Source: a virus
Taxonomy: Duplodnaviria > Caudoviricetes
Length of the DNA stretch: 54,489 bases
Direction: 5' to 3' (one strand)
Virus record (IMG/VR): IMGVR_UViG_3300012952_000028
Location: 1-54,489 of that record
Made by a program: the position numbers and the translations under genes. Below the pieces are notes generated by a model, which was not told the DNA's origin, ran no database searches, and saw only the letters and a list, made by a program, of their open reading frames with translations. This document shows, one piece after another, positions 24,547-36,700 of the stretch (positions are counted from its first letter, which is position 1; every line of letters starts with the position of its first letter).

Positions 24547-27389
24547 TACTCCTCCTTACCCATAATGAGCGCCAATAGTTCCAACAGGAATAAGGGAATG
24601 CCTCCCGCCGCTACTAACACCCCTGCGGCGTAAGCGCCAGCACCGTCTCCTGGCTTGTTCTCGGCCATCATGAATTCAGACATGATCCCGGAGGTGCCGC
24701 TACCCACTACCACTAAGCCTCCAAACGGACCAATAGCAAAAAGCTCCAAGGATCTCAATAAGCTACGAATCCATTCGATCAACGCTTGAAGCTGATAGAT
24801 TCGCGCTTGAATGCCCTCGATAAACGCAATGATGCGGTCAATAAGCCCTTGAAGCATATCCAGAATTCCGTATAGAAATTTCTCGATGGCGTCAAGGATC
24901 TCATCAGCCCCTGCCAAGGCGTTTGGCATCAGTCGAATCGCTATCCACTGGGAATCAGGAACGGGCCGCGTGAGCGCACTGGATGCGGCATTTAGAACCA
25001 TTTGGGCTTTGGTTATCAAGTCGGGTTTAGAGGTGCGCACCAAATCTCGGATATAGACGAACCCCCCATCCTCGTTCTCATAATTATTGAATAGGGTAGG
25101 GGTCCAGTCAGCTGTCCCCTGGCCCATGATGAAGCCGCCCATCTTTAGTTTGGATTGAGCCTCCAGATACGCCTGGTGCTTCGCTGTCTGCACAGGAGAA
25201 AGTTCCATAGAAGATCCGGCAGATATTTTCGCCCCAGGGGAAGCCTCATTCTCCCACAGATCATTGTCAATGTTAAAGCCGCTGGCATTGTTAGGACGCG
25301 CTCTCAGCGCCAATGCCTTATTGGCCATCATTTGGTTTTTGAGTTCCCTACCGGGAATGCCATTGCGGCAAAGAGGATTGGCACCCACGCCCTTTTGCTC
25401 ATCCTTACCCGCATTGTCTGGACCCCAAGGGTCACTGGACGCAAGGCCAAAGGATTGGAGAAGGGTCAACCCCGCGCCATACGTGTCTTCTACTAAGGGC
25501 CATGTCTCCAGATCTTCAGTCTCGTCCAAAATGGGTTGGGTGACCGAGTCCGGGAGTTGAAACCCCTTCGACATTTCCGTTGCGACCAAGTAACACAACC
25601 GCCGTACCTTGCGCCTAAACCCCATGGGGTTCTTGGTGCGGTACATGGCGTCTATTTGTACAGCGTTCAACCCACCCGTAGCTCGAAGGATCCCCAGAAC
25701 TGTAGACTCAAAATCTCCATTTTCTGTTAGGGGGACGTTTACCGACCCCTTAGGGAAAGCTGTTATGCTTTGATCGTAGGGTTTTTTACCAGCATCGCTA
25801 ATTGAGGTTGGAGTCGCTGGGGGAGATGTGTAGTCACACCTCAACAGGATTCCCAGTGCAAGTGCTGCCTGGACTCGCTTGATAAACTTGATCTGGGTTT
25901 CGCTCGGGTATTCGACAGAACACGGAGGGGAGGCAGCGCCAGCGAGCCCAAGAGATCCGAAGGGCAGCTCGGACTTCATAACTCCGGTTTGAGCATTCCT
26001 TACTGTGGACTTGTTGTACACATAAGGACCACCGGAGAAGGTCTTTCCGATAGGAGTGCCGCCTGGACCCAATGGAAGAGGCTTCCTCAAGTTGGGGTAC
26101 GGGGTCATGTCTTCTGCAGCGTTAAAGAGACAATTTGGCCAATCTTCAGGTTTTGAGTCCTCCGAGTTATCAAACCCCAAAGCTCTCACCCGTACCGTGA
26201 AGCTACTGTTCTGCGGTCCCGGCGCATGCACTGCAGACGGTGTGGCAAAGCCGTCACCACCAGCTACCCAATCTACCTTGAGTGGCAACATCTCTTGGGG
26301 AATGATGGCTTGGTACTTGGCGCCAGGTCCCAGAATCTTTGAAGCAGGTGCCGGGGCAAAGAAAGTGCGCCCCACTAAATACTCTCCGATAGGATCTTCG
26401 GAACTTCCCTCAGCCTTAGGGTATAGCTCTGCAGTCGGGATCCAAGGCGTGTTCTCATCTTGGATGAGGAACACTTTACCGGCTTGTTGATTCGAGGTGT
26501 CACATATCTTTTGAAAAGCGGCCTTGTTTTGCTGACCGGATCCCGGAGATAGATCGCAGATACCCCCATACAAACGCGCCCCCGCATTATTCCACGGGTC
26601 GATTCCCGCTGCAACGGTGGTAGGGAGGTTTTCTACTTGCTTGGTCGAACCGTCTTTGGGTTGGACGCCCATTACGCGCAAACCGTCCTTCACAGTAGAT
26701 ACATGGATAAGAAACCCATCTGGCGCAGGCCCAAACAGCCCTAAGGGGTTGCCCGGAGCCGGAGGGGGCATTTGCCACTCAACACACAGACCTTTGGGGG
26801 CAACCTCTAAGTTGCCGGGCTTGAACATCTTCCCAAACTTACCTTCCCACAGCTCAGTTTCTGTAAATTTGACAGTAGGGGTAGTGGGTACGGGGAAAGC
26901 ACCCCCGCTCAAGGCCCAGTCCTGACCAAAGAACTTTTTGATCATCTGAATGAGCTTAATGATGATCCAGATGTCGCCTGAGGACGCATAAAAGAATGCG
27001 CCCATCGCCGCGCTGGACGTAGACCAATCGGGCCTGCCTGGATCGCGAGTGTCTACCAAACGAGCCAACATTCGACGCTCAAAAGCCGCATACCCTCCCT
27101 GAATGTCAGTAAAGGGTGGCTTAACAAGGTCCCAGTCCCCGGTGATGTATACGCCCAGTTGCCTTAGGTCATGAATAAACTGCCTTATCTCGTTGATAAT
27201 GGCTTCAATGATGGGTCGAATAGGGTCCAACAGCCCGAGCAAGAAGGCTTTGATGACGTTTAGAATGGCATTGATAATGTTTAGAATGGCAATAATCAGC
27301 GCCAACACACTATCAATAGCAGCCAAGATAGGTTGGATAGGCTCCAACAATGGATCTAAGTCAAGCTCTACTGTGGACCATGTAGCCAT
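24546..27389 (-). CDS. large virion-module protein with long amphipathic Ile/Leu helices at both ends
   Basis: N-terminal ILAAIDSVLALIIAILNIINAILNVIKAFLLG; C-terminal ILDAIEKFLYGILDML...IRSLLRSL plus a hydrophobic tail. Confidence 0.75.
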   Translation of the reverse strand: MATWSTVELDLDPLLEPIQPILAAIDSVLALIIAILNIINAILNVIKAFLLGLLDPIRPIIEAIINEIRQFIHDLRQLGVYITGDWDLVKPPFTDIQGGYAAFERRMLARLVDTRDPGRPDWSTSSAAMGAFFYASSGDIWIIIKLIQMIKKFFGQDWALSGGAFPVPTTPTVKFTETELWEGKFGKMFKPGNLEVAPKGLCVEWQMPPPAPGNPLGLFGPAPDGFLIHVSTVKDGLRVMGVQPKDGSTKQVENLPTTVAAGIDPWNNAGARLYGGICDLSPGSGQQNKAAFQKICDTSNQQAGKVFLIQDENTPWIPTAELYPKAEGSSEDPIGEYLVGRTFFAPAPASKILGPGAKYQAIIPQEMLPLKVDWVAGGDGFATPSAVHAPGPQNSSFTVRVRALGFDNSEDSKPEDWPNCLFNAAEDMTPYPNLRKPLPLGPGGTPIGKTFSGGPYVYNKSTVRNAQTGVMKSELPFGSLGLAGAASPPCSVEYPSETQIKFIKRVQAALALGILLRCDYTSPPATPTSISDAGKKPYDQSITAFPKGSVNVPLTENGDFESTVLGILRATGGLNAVQIDAMYRTKNPMGFRRKVRRLCYLVATEMSKGFQLPDSVTQPILDETEDLETWPLVEDTYGAGLTLLQSFGLASSDPWGPDNAGKDEQKGVGANPLCRNGIPGRELKNQMMANKALALRARPNNASGFNIDNDLWENEASPGAKISAGSSMELSPVQTAKHQAYLEAQSKLKMGGFIMGQGTADWTPTLFNNYENEDGGFVYIRDLVRTSKPDLITKAQMVLNAASSALTRPVPDSQWIAIRLMPNALAGADEILDAIEKFLYGILDMLQGLIDRIIAFIEGIQARIYQLQALIEWIRSLLRSLELFAIGPFGGLVVVGSGTSGIMSEFMMAENKPGDGAGAYAAGVLVAAGGIPLFLLELLALIMGKEE

Positions 27390-27679
27390 TAGCCCCCTCC
27401 CCCGCTTTTCAAGCGTTGAAGTTGGATGTGGAGGTCTGCAAGAAGTTCCTTATCTTTGTCGATTTGGCCCTGCAGAATTCCCTCCAGCTTTCTCAAGTGC
27501 TCTTTTTGGCGATCCATCATGGGAATACCTTGAACCACTTTTTCTTCATGTTGGGTCCAACCCCCTACATGAATGCCGTGATCCTCCAGAACTTTCTTGG
27601 CATCCTCAACCGAGATGTTCTCATAATCTCCACCCTCTATGGGAGTTTCGACCTTTCTCTTGATATCACGAGGATCCAT
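27389..27679 (-). CDS. hypothetical coiled-coil protein
   Basis: 96 aa; SD GGAGGGAAGG. Confidence 0.7.
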   Translation of the reverse strand: MDPRDIKRKVETPIEGGDYENISVEDAKKVLEDHGIHVGGWTQHEEKVVQGIPMMDRQKEHLRKLEGILQGQIDKDKELLADLHIQLQRLKSGGGG

Positions 27680-27709
27680 ACACCTTCCCTCCTAAGAGCC
27701 ACTCTACCG

Positions 27710-30700
27710 TCAGGACTTGTTCAAGGCTTCTTGCTGCAAGAGTAAGCGCCTTTGTTTCCGGAGTTTCCGAGGCAGTTTGCTTTCAGCTCTCTTGGCAGCT
27801 TGAATTGAGCCGTCAGTGCGATCTGCTCGGAAAGCGATCCATGAGAAGCGTTGTTCACGGAACTTGTCTTGAAGGTCCAAAACCTCATCAATCAAGTCCG
27901 GTAGGACAGGGCGCTGGTTATCAGTATTCTCTGCAAATGTGGCATAGGGGGTGGCACTTGTCGATGGGGTTTGGCTGTCCAGGTTGAAGTCCAAAATCCA
28001 GAACCGACGATCCAACACGGAAACGCAGTCATTTACGTTGGCGAAGGGGGCGAGAGTGGTAATCCCACGAATACTCTCTACCATCGCATTGGTCCAAATT
28101 CCCACCCCTGTCGTGATACTGTTGGGGAATCCGATGTCGTCAATCTGATCCTTCTCTTGGAAGATGAAGTAAGAGCCAGTGGTGTCCGTGTATACGAACT
28201 CCACCTCTTCCATCCATGAGAGCATACGCTCTCTCATGAACAACACCAGCTCTAAGGCATCTGTAGAGAAAACGGTGTTGGGGCGAATAACGCGGAACCC
28301 GAATGGCTCAATACTCTTGAACATATTTTCAGGGGTGCGGTCCAAGTAGAGATTGCCCACGGGAAGGGCCGTAGGGCGCAGGGCTTGTTGGCCTTCTGGA
28401 TCTGGCCCAGTACCGCTCCCATCAATCTGAGAATCATGAACAGTGGGGAGAACCGCGTACTCCGCTCCAGGCCCACCAAAGGTAACAGGGGAGGCCCCAT
28501 CTTCAGTTCCATCGGTGAAGCGTGAGGTCCCATCTACCGTGAGGGTGTTTGTATCAATGGCTGTAACTTTGTAGAACCCTCTATTATCATCTAAAGGTTC
28601 GGGGCCACCTTCGCGGTACACATCCGTACCATCTGGAAGCACGTCAGTCCGTGCCTCTACCGAGCGGTCTCCCGTGGGACGCGAACCTTGCTCTTCCACA
28701 TCGTATAGGACGCCAGCGGGATCGATAACTACATAGTCCCCCTCTAACACCTGCGAACCGTTCGGAAGAACACTCCAGCTTGTGACATCAGGATCTTGAA
28801 TAGTGTTGTAGGCGGGTACGGTGCCCCCTGGGTCCGTGGGAGATCCGGTGTAGTCTACCGTGCGACGGTATAATGTCTTATCGGTGACCAGATCTAAGAG
28901 TTGCTCGCACGATTGCTCGTGGGGAACCATCGCCTGGTTGAGCCACACCTCAAACTTAAGACCTGCCAGGGAGGTGGTCGTTGTCAAACCGGGCCTACTA
29001 AGAATAAGAGTGGAGGCTCCAGAAACTTGTTGGATCTCGGCCGAGTCTAATAAGCTCCCGTCTGCAGCGTACACCCTGAGCGTGTCGCCGGGATTGATGT
29101 TCACAGACGCATCATTAAATGGTCCTACGGTCGTGCCCAGGACGGCGCTGGTGAAGGTACGGGAGGCTGAGGCGTAAGAGCCTACCGTCCCTGTTCGCAT
29201 AGAGTAGACATACTTCAAAGGCTTCATTAAAGCGGCGATGTCCATTTGAACAGGTTGGAACCTTCTCATTCGTCGGACGAAGAATGACACGGTCTCCATG
29301 AATACTGTTCCTGCCGTTGCGGGATCCTCGTCCCAGTCAATCACTTGACGCATCCCCACTTGCGCTCCGGAGTGGCTTGCTGATACCACTTGGGGGATGA
29401 GCCGGTTCAAATCGGCTGTGGGTAGCGGGAACGATGGCTCCAGGAAGACGCCTGATAAGGCATGAAAGCCAGGTATCGTGGGTTCTGTAGGGTGGCCCGG
29501 TGTCGTCACGCGGTTTCCAAAGGTCCACACATCTCCAGGCAAGACACACATCAGAGCGGAATTTGGGGTGGTGACGCTCGCAGGTGGCCCATTGCCCCAA
29601 CGCAGCCTCTCCCACTTAACTTCGCCAACCCCGGCCATGGATACCCATAAGTCCAGAGATTGGGCCACTCCTTGAACGCGCCCATATTCCGTATTGGCAC
29701 CATCCAATCCTAAATCATACCACTTAGCGTACACGGGACGGCGAACGTCATCTTGGAAAAGCCAGGGGTTGGGAACCGTGTAGTCCATGTCAACAACTAA
29801 ATCCCCGCCATTGGCACCGGCTCCAGTGTCGATTTCTTGGGCGAGCACCCCAACTGTGTTCGGGGGAGTAGAGGGTCCGATGTTCAACCACTGAGCTCCC
29901 CAGGTAACAGTGTTGTCAGAGTAGCCTGGTGCGCCGGAGTGGATGGCGGGATTCACATTTCCACATGCAACGGCAGCGAACCCGCCGTAGAGGGGATCAC
30001 CCACTGAGGTGCTGATCGCACCAACGCAGTTATTATCAGGAAGGGAGTCTCCCGACGCAGTTGCGCTTCCCAAGTTGTGGATTGGCAGGTACCTCATCCC
30101 TGATACCTTCACCCCTACCTGAGCGGCAGCCCACCATGCGTCGGTGGAGAAGGCGTCCCCATTGGCGTCATAGGCGTCAGTCCCGCCTGGGGTTCCCGCC
30201 ATGGTAAAGGTGAGTTGCCCATCCCCATCATAGACAAGACTTGTTATGTCCAACTTTACGACACTTACAGGATTCACATCGTAATCGTTGGCGAGGGGGC
30301 CTGTCCAAGTGGCGTAGGTGGAATCCAAGATAAGGTGTACCGCCCTGTTACTCGCACTTAAATTCCAACCGTGCTCCCGATTAGGAACGTGAGGGGAGCC
30401 TTGGATAACTATGGTGTTAGTCGATTGATCGGCTGACAGGATGGTGGGGAAGGTAAGGTCCAAAGCCCCATCGTTACCGCCGATGGTAGATGCATTACTC
30501 CTCAACACGGGTTGGCCGTCTGCATCTGTGACTGCGCTGTTGGCCACGGAATGGCGTACTAAATAGGTGCCCGCTTTGATCCCCCCATCTGTGAAGGCGG
30601 CTCCCGCTCCTGCTGAGTTCGTTCCTTGAATTACCAAGGAATCTCCCGAAAGGATGGTTGCCGTGTCACCCTGCTCATTAGTTACATTCTGAATCCAGGT

Positions 30701-33700
30701 TCGGGGACCGGTGAGGGTTCCCGTAAGGGCCGCATCAAGTTGATTGTCATGGCAATCCCCACTTCCTTTGCTGATAATGTCAGTTTTGTTGAAGTGGGAA
30801 GAGGGAACTCCTGACAAAATGATGTTGGACGCCTCAACGGTTAACGGTGCGTTGGCCCCACCTTCCCAAGCCATAGCTCGGAAATAGGCCACATTATCCG
30901 CCCCCGAAGGTACGTTGTACGACACGTACTCCACCCCTGGGCTCATGTTTCCAGTGGCCGTGGACCCTCCCAACCGAGTGAGGAAGGTGAAAGGTTCAGC
31001 CCCGTCCGGGTAGGGTTGTGTGGCATCTCGATTCACGGACTTCGGGGAGTTCACCCCTGAGAAGGGACTTCCTGAAGTTTTAGTGAGATGGACCGAGAGT
31101 TGAGCTTCCATCGATCCTGGCGCAAAGAAGGCACTCACGACGCCGTTGGCGGGCTGAGCACCTCGCGGTAGAGAATACGACACATCCGTTCGAGACACCG
31201 TGAGATGCTCGCAAAAAGTGAGGCGGTCATCTCTGATGAATGCGGTTTCGGAACCTGTCCCCGCCCCAAGGGAGATGGCGGGGAGGGCGCTTCCTGACGC
31301 GGCAAAGGTGTCGTCGTCTATGTATGTGTCTAAATCTAAGGTGAAGTCATAGCGTTGGCCATTCACTAAGCCCAGAATAGAGCAAATGTCTTGGCCAGGG
31401 TAAAGGGCAGAGAAATTAAGGTCCATTTGCAATAGGCCAGGGGCGGGTGCAACCCCACCGCCGGTGGCCGAAATGTTCAAGGCCGCCACCGCTCCCACGA
31501 CTGGCTTCACATACACGGTGGAAGCTAACCCAAGGGAGGCAGGAGTTCCCGTACTGGCGTCATTGATCTGAGGAATGAGAATGGAACCTTTGTAAGGGTC
31601 TCCTACAGCAGCGGGATCCGGGTCAAAGATATTCACTTGTAGGGCAGCAATTTTGTCTTGGGGAGTGATTCCCCACACTCGTACCAACTGGGCTACTTCA
31701 TTGAAGGAAAGACCGGGAAAGTCACTCACATTAATGACGGATTGGAAATCAACGCCAGGGATTCCGCTGGCTACGTCTGTAATGATGATCCCGGTTCCGT
31801 CAGCATCCCCCGTGTTACACCCGGCGTAGCCTCGAAGAGTATATGCGAGATTTCCGTGTTCCGCTGAGGTGGTGGCCGGCATTGTTCCGGCTATACCGGG
31901 GGCCGATTGGGAAGCGAAGCGGGGAGGCTCTAAGGAAGACCAGTTAAAGTCCCCAAACGTGTCGGCATACACATCCCCTACAGAGAGAATTCCCTTCATC
32001 CCCATAAACAGATCGGTATTAGAGGCGGGGTCAGCCTCTACTAAAACGAGGTCATAGGGGCGAAGAGACCCCACCCCGCTATCCGTCCCATAAAGCCAGG
32101 GAGCTACTCCCTTAACGGGTTGCAAGTTAGAGGATTTGGTGTAGAGAGTAGCAGGGTTTCTCCAGGGGGAGGTGCCCGGATCCACTTGATTGGTAAGGTA
32201 AATCTCTCCATCCGAAACTCGAATCTCATTCGGGTAGATGGAGTCCCACATTTGCTTTAAACCGGTGGGGGCACCAGTGGGATACCCTGTCGTAGAGGGG
32301 AGGGGGGAATAGGAAGTGTCTCCCAAAAGGGTACGGAAATAAGGCTCGATGGCTCCCAAGATGGAAAGCTCGCACTCCGAACTGGCTAAGTAGGGGATGG
32401 AGTAGTCACCTGAATCGTTTTTGTCCTGGCCCAGCAAGCAAGGAAGTTGTACAGGTTCTTGGTCTGTATTGACAAACCCCACCGGCCCTTCGATGCAGGA
32501 TAGGGGTGTTGGGGGATTTTGTCCGAAAAGCTCTTTCAATGGGAAGGAGTCGTCTGCAGCCGAGGGGAGGGAGTTGTCCGTAAAGACGCCCTTTCTCTTC
32601 TTGGCACGCAAATCGAACTGCATGTTGTAGTCGGGAAGTCCTAACCCTCCCGCCGCAATCTCTTCTAAGGTGGGGGACTCGCTATCGGAAAGGTTCTCTA
32701 ACACCTCGTTGAGAGGCGCTACGCTATAGATGGTGTCCCCATAGCCGGTCTCGTTGCTTACAATGCTTTCAAGGGGCACTGTGCCGTTTACGAGGACGTT
32801 GAGGCCCGACACGTCCCCGTCGTAGTTAGCCAACGTGATGACGCAAGCAGCAGGCATATCCCCTACTAAGATGGGACCGCCAGAAATATCTTGAAGAATG
32901 TAGTTACTTCCCAACACCCCTGGTGGCTTTCCAAAAGCTAACCGTTGCCCCACCTTAAATCCAGGGGTGGAGAGGTTGAAGTCTCCCGACACCAGATCAG
33001 CCTGCTCACCACCTCCGCTTACTAATTTAGAAAGATCAGGGAAGCCGTCATCCCCTAAGTAGAACTCCGAAAAGGCGACAGGGGTAGCGACAATGGTGGC
33101 TTTCCCCACGGTAGAGATAGAAAGAGCGTCATCTAAGTCGGCTGACCCTTGAGGATAGTATGCCCAAATTCGTGCTCTTGCGCGACGGTCTGAAGCCTCC
33201 ACGCTCACCACGCCTGTGATCTCTCCCAGAGCGGGATTAGCAACGACCCCGATTTCAGACCCCCTGGTCTTGATGACCTTTTCTTGGGTCTCACCGGGAT
33301 TGGGACCAGGAACGGTTTGTAAGCGCCCAGCACTGTAGTAGCCCCCGGAAGTTACGGCCCCATCACTATTGTAAGAGGCCTCCAATCCAGGGTACAACTG
33401 AGAAAAGTGAGTTGTGGCTTCGGGGAATAGCCGCGAATAGGAGTGGTCCTGCCACATATCCTTGAACCGCCCCCTTGAGGTAAAGAGGGGGAAGATAGAG
33501 GGCCAGCCCTTGGGACGGCGAAGTCCAATGAGAACGCGGTCATCCATATCATTACGGACTCGGTACCGTTGCCGGGCCAAGAAGAAAGAGAGGAGATCCG
33601 GGTCCATAGGTTCGCCGCTGGGATCACCCGGCTTATCAGTGGGGTCGGGAACTGTGGCTGTGAGAGGGTTGAAAATAGAATCCCGTTCCGTGAGGTAGCC

Positions 33701-36700
33701 GTCTGCAGCCTCGAAGGAAGAGGGAGCCCAACTGTCTACAACCTCTCTCCAAATGAGTCTCTTGTTGAGATCTCCGGACACTGGGTCTTCATATCCCGGT
33801 GGGGGGTAGACCTTATCACGCCCGATGAAGAATTTGAACTTACCATCACGGTCCCCGATGATCCTTCCGTCAATGGTTTCAAGAACTTGCTCGAAGGCGA
33901 GGACTATCTCATTGAAATACTGAATGTATGCCCTGGCCGCCCGATCCTGATCTCTTAGGTTTTGGACTTCGGAGCGCAATCCAAAGTTTCCTTGTTTAGC
34001 TATGTCAGTCTCTCCGGGGGAGGTGACAGGGGGTCCTGATCCCGGAGTAGTTACTTGACCCTTGGTCGCTTCTGAAACCTGGGGCAAATAGTCCTTGAGG
34101 GTCAGAGTCTCATAGAAGTAGCTATCAGGATTCCTAAAGGTGTATTGGGCTTTGAGGAAGGACCCCAGAATCCGGTTTTCCACCGTAGGGAACGTCATAG
34201 AAAGATTCTTGGCCAGGAACACAGGCGCAATCACCGCACCCTCTACCAACGCCGGAGATATTGTTCGCAAAGAGGTGTACCTCAACCACAAAGTCTCATG
34301 GGGAGCAAGACCCCCCTGGTTGGGGTACTTGAAGAGAACGGCCCCGGAAGTGGGATTGATCTCGTACTCAATTCCTTCCTTAAGGACTCTCCCTGGCAGC
34401 TCTCCCGTGCCGTCCCTCTCCCCGGTCAGAAAGAGAGCATACTCTTCCGTCCCCTCTAAGGGGAGGATTCCCGTGAACTCTACGGGATCAGGCTTATATA
34501 CCGCTCGTGCAGAAAACTTAGTGACATCAGTCCCGTAAGTGTGTTTCGTGTACAGCGGATTGGCCAGATTGACTATCGTGTATCGACCATCAGTAGTGAG
34601 GTTGGAATTGGCTACTAAATAGGGGTAGCCTCCAATCTCCAAAATGTGGTTGGGTCGAGTGAATTGGGTGGCATCCCCTTGGAAGATGATCTTGAGCTGG
34701 CCCTTGTCAGCAACCTCATACGGGATGTCCACTTCCATCAAGAAGCCGAAGCTCCCTCGGTCTGCTGCTGAGGGGTCAGGCCACGCTACAGGAAGATCGG
34801 AGATAAGAAGGGGGACATCGTTTCCAGGAGACCGTGAGCCAGCCTCCCTTTGGGTAGGCGGGAAAAAGTTGACCGTGGTTCCCGTAGCACTATCATAGGA
34901 GGTAGAGGTGATGTAGAAAGGGGTTGGCCCTATCAACATTAGGGAGTTGGCGGGAAAGTCGCTTTGTCGGTCCCCCTCTAACACAAAAGAGCTTTTCTCC
35001 TCATTGATAAAGAAGGGCTTACGGTAGACGGGCAAGGTGCTCACCGAGTAGGCATGCTCCCCTCCAAATGCCTCGTACACTCCGTAGGTGATTTTTACTG
35101 GCTCATGTCGCCAAGGATCGTAAGGATCCACCGGGGGCGCACCTTCCGCCACCACATCCGTGTTGAAAGTAAGGGTACTTGCGGCGGGGTCAAAAGCGCA
35201 GTTTTCTTCACCGGCGTAATTCTGAAGGTCGGAACCGGCCCAAATCAAAGGTTCAAACTTATCTGTGGTAGCGACAGTCTTCCCATCAGGGTTGAAGGCG
35301 AACACCTTAGCATTGTCAGGGTCCACCCGCGTAGCCACTTCCAATCGAACCGGGAGGGTCAGGAACTCCACGATCTCGGTGGTGTTCCCTTCCTCATCTA
35401 CCTTCTTGTCGCCATAGCCGTCAGCTTGGTAATAGGCCGCCTCTACAACTTGCCCTTCCCGGAGCGGTTTCATGAAGAACATGGATCCGGCCATGGGGGA
35501 TATTTGTACATCCTTGGAGGACCCGGCCACCATCCTCTCCATAAAGTAGGCATCCGCGCTCGGGAATGCGACTATCACGCTTTGGGCTACCGCTAACTCT
35601 CCGGTGGTGGGGTTACACCCCACGTAGGAAGCCGGTTGAACCGTGGGAGGGAAGAGGGTTTGGTCGAAGTAGACAGAAGAGCCGCCTAAGTCCGTCACCA
35701 CATCTTCAGCTACCGTTATAGCGCCCGACGTAGTGTTCACATCTACAAATCCCGCAGCGACCGATGCAGCGTTGAGAGAAAGGTTCCCCTCAGCAGTGCT
35801 GTACGCATCAGCCCCAATACGAATTTGAAAGTAGGACGAAGCTGACCCGGACGCACTCACGTGAGGGTCGGAAGGGTCTACAAAGAGTCCCGTGGGGCTG
35901 AGAGACCCTAAGGCCGAGCCAGTAGTGAGGTATTGAACGGGAATTTGGTTAGTTCCTGTCTCATTGAGGCTCATCCCCAAACGCAAGAACGTGGCCCGGT
36001 CGGACTCTAAAGCATCAGCCACGTCGGCAATGAGGGTGTCAGTCCCTAACACTCCCAACTTACTCAGGACTCGAATCTTGAACGGCTCTTCGGGGAGGTG
36101 GTTAGTCTCCACCATTAAGACATCAGCGACAATAGAAGGGTCGTAGGCATCTTTGCTGATGCCATCGTACACAGCCCACGTACACCCTCCAGACACCGTA
36201 TTGCGGAAAGCGGGGGCCACCGTCAAGCTCACGGCACTCCCGGAGCTATCTACATCTGTAATGGTGTAGAGTCCTTCGTTATCCCCGGACTTAACATGGA
36301 GCTTATCGTCTGCCGCCACGGAATTGGCGAAAGTGGTTTGGTTTACATTAGCATCCGTGAAGGTCGTGCCTGTTTGAGACCCATCGCCGCCTTCAAATAT
36401 CACTCCCCCGTAAACATTAATGAGAGAGGCTTGGCCCGGTGCACCGCCTGCGGCCATGAGAAAGTCGGTACCTTCCGTTAGCTGCGTAGCCATAGGGACG
36501 GGATTAGAGCGGCTGGGAGCCTCTTTGAGGTACAATCCGTACCCAGTCCCCGTAGGTTCCATCGCTGCCGAAGAGAGGGTCTCCACTAAGACGGATTGGT
36601 GGTCTAATTGAAGGATGTTAGCCGGAGTGAGCACCTGAGTTGGGGAAGTCTTCGCCTCCTTTGTCCACATAAACTGGTTATTTTCCCACACGTACTTGAT

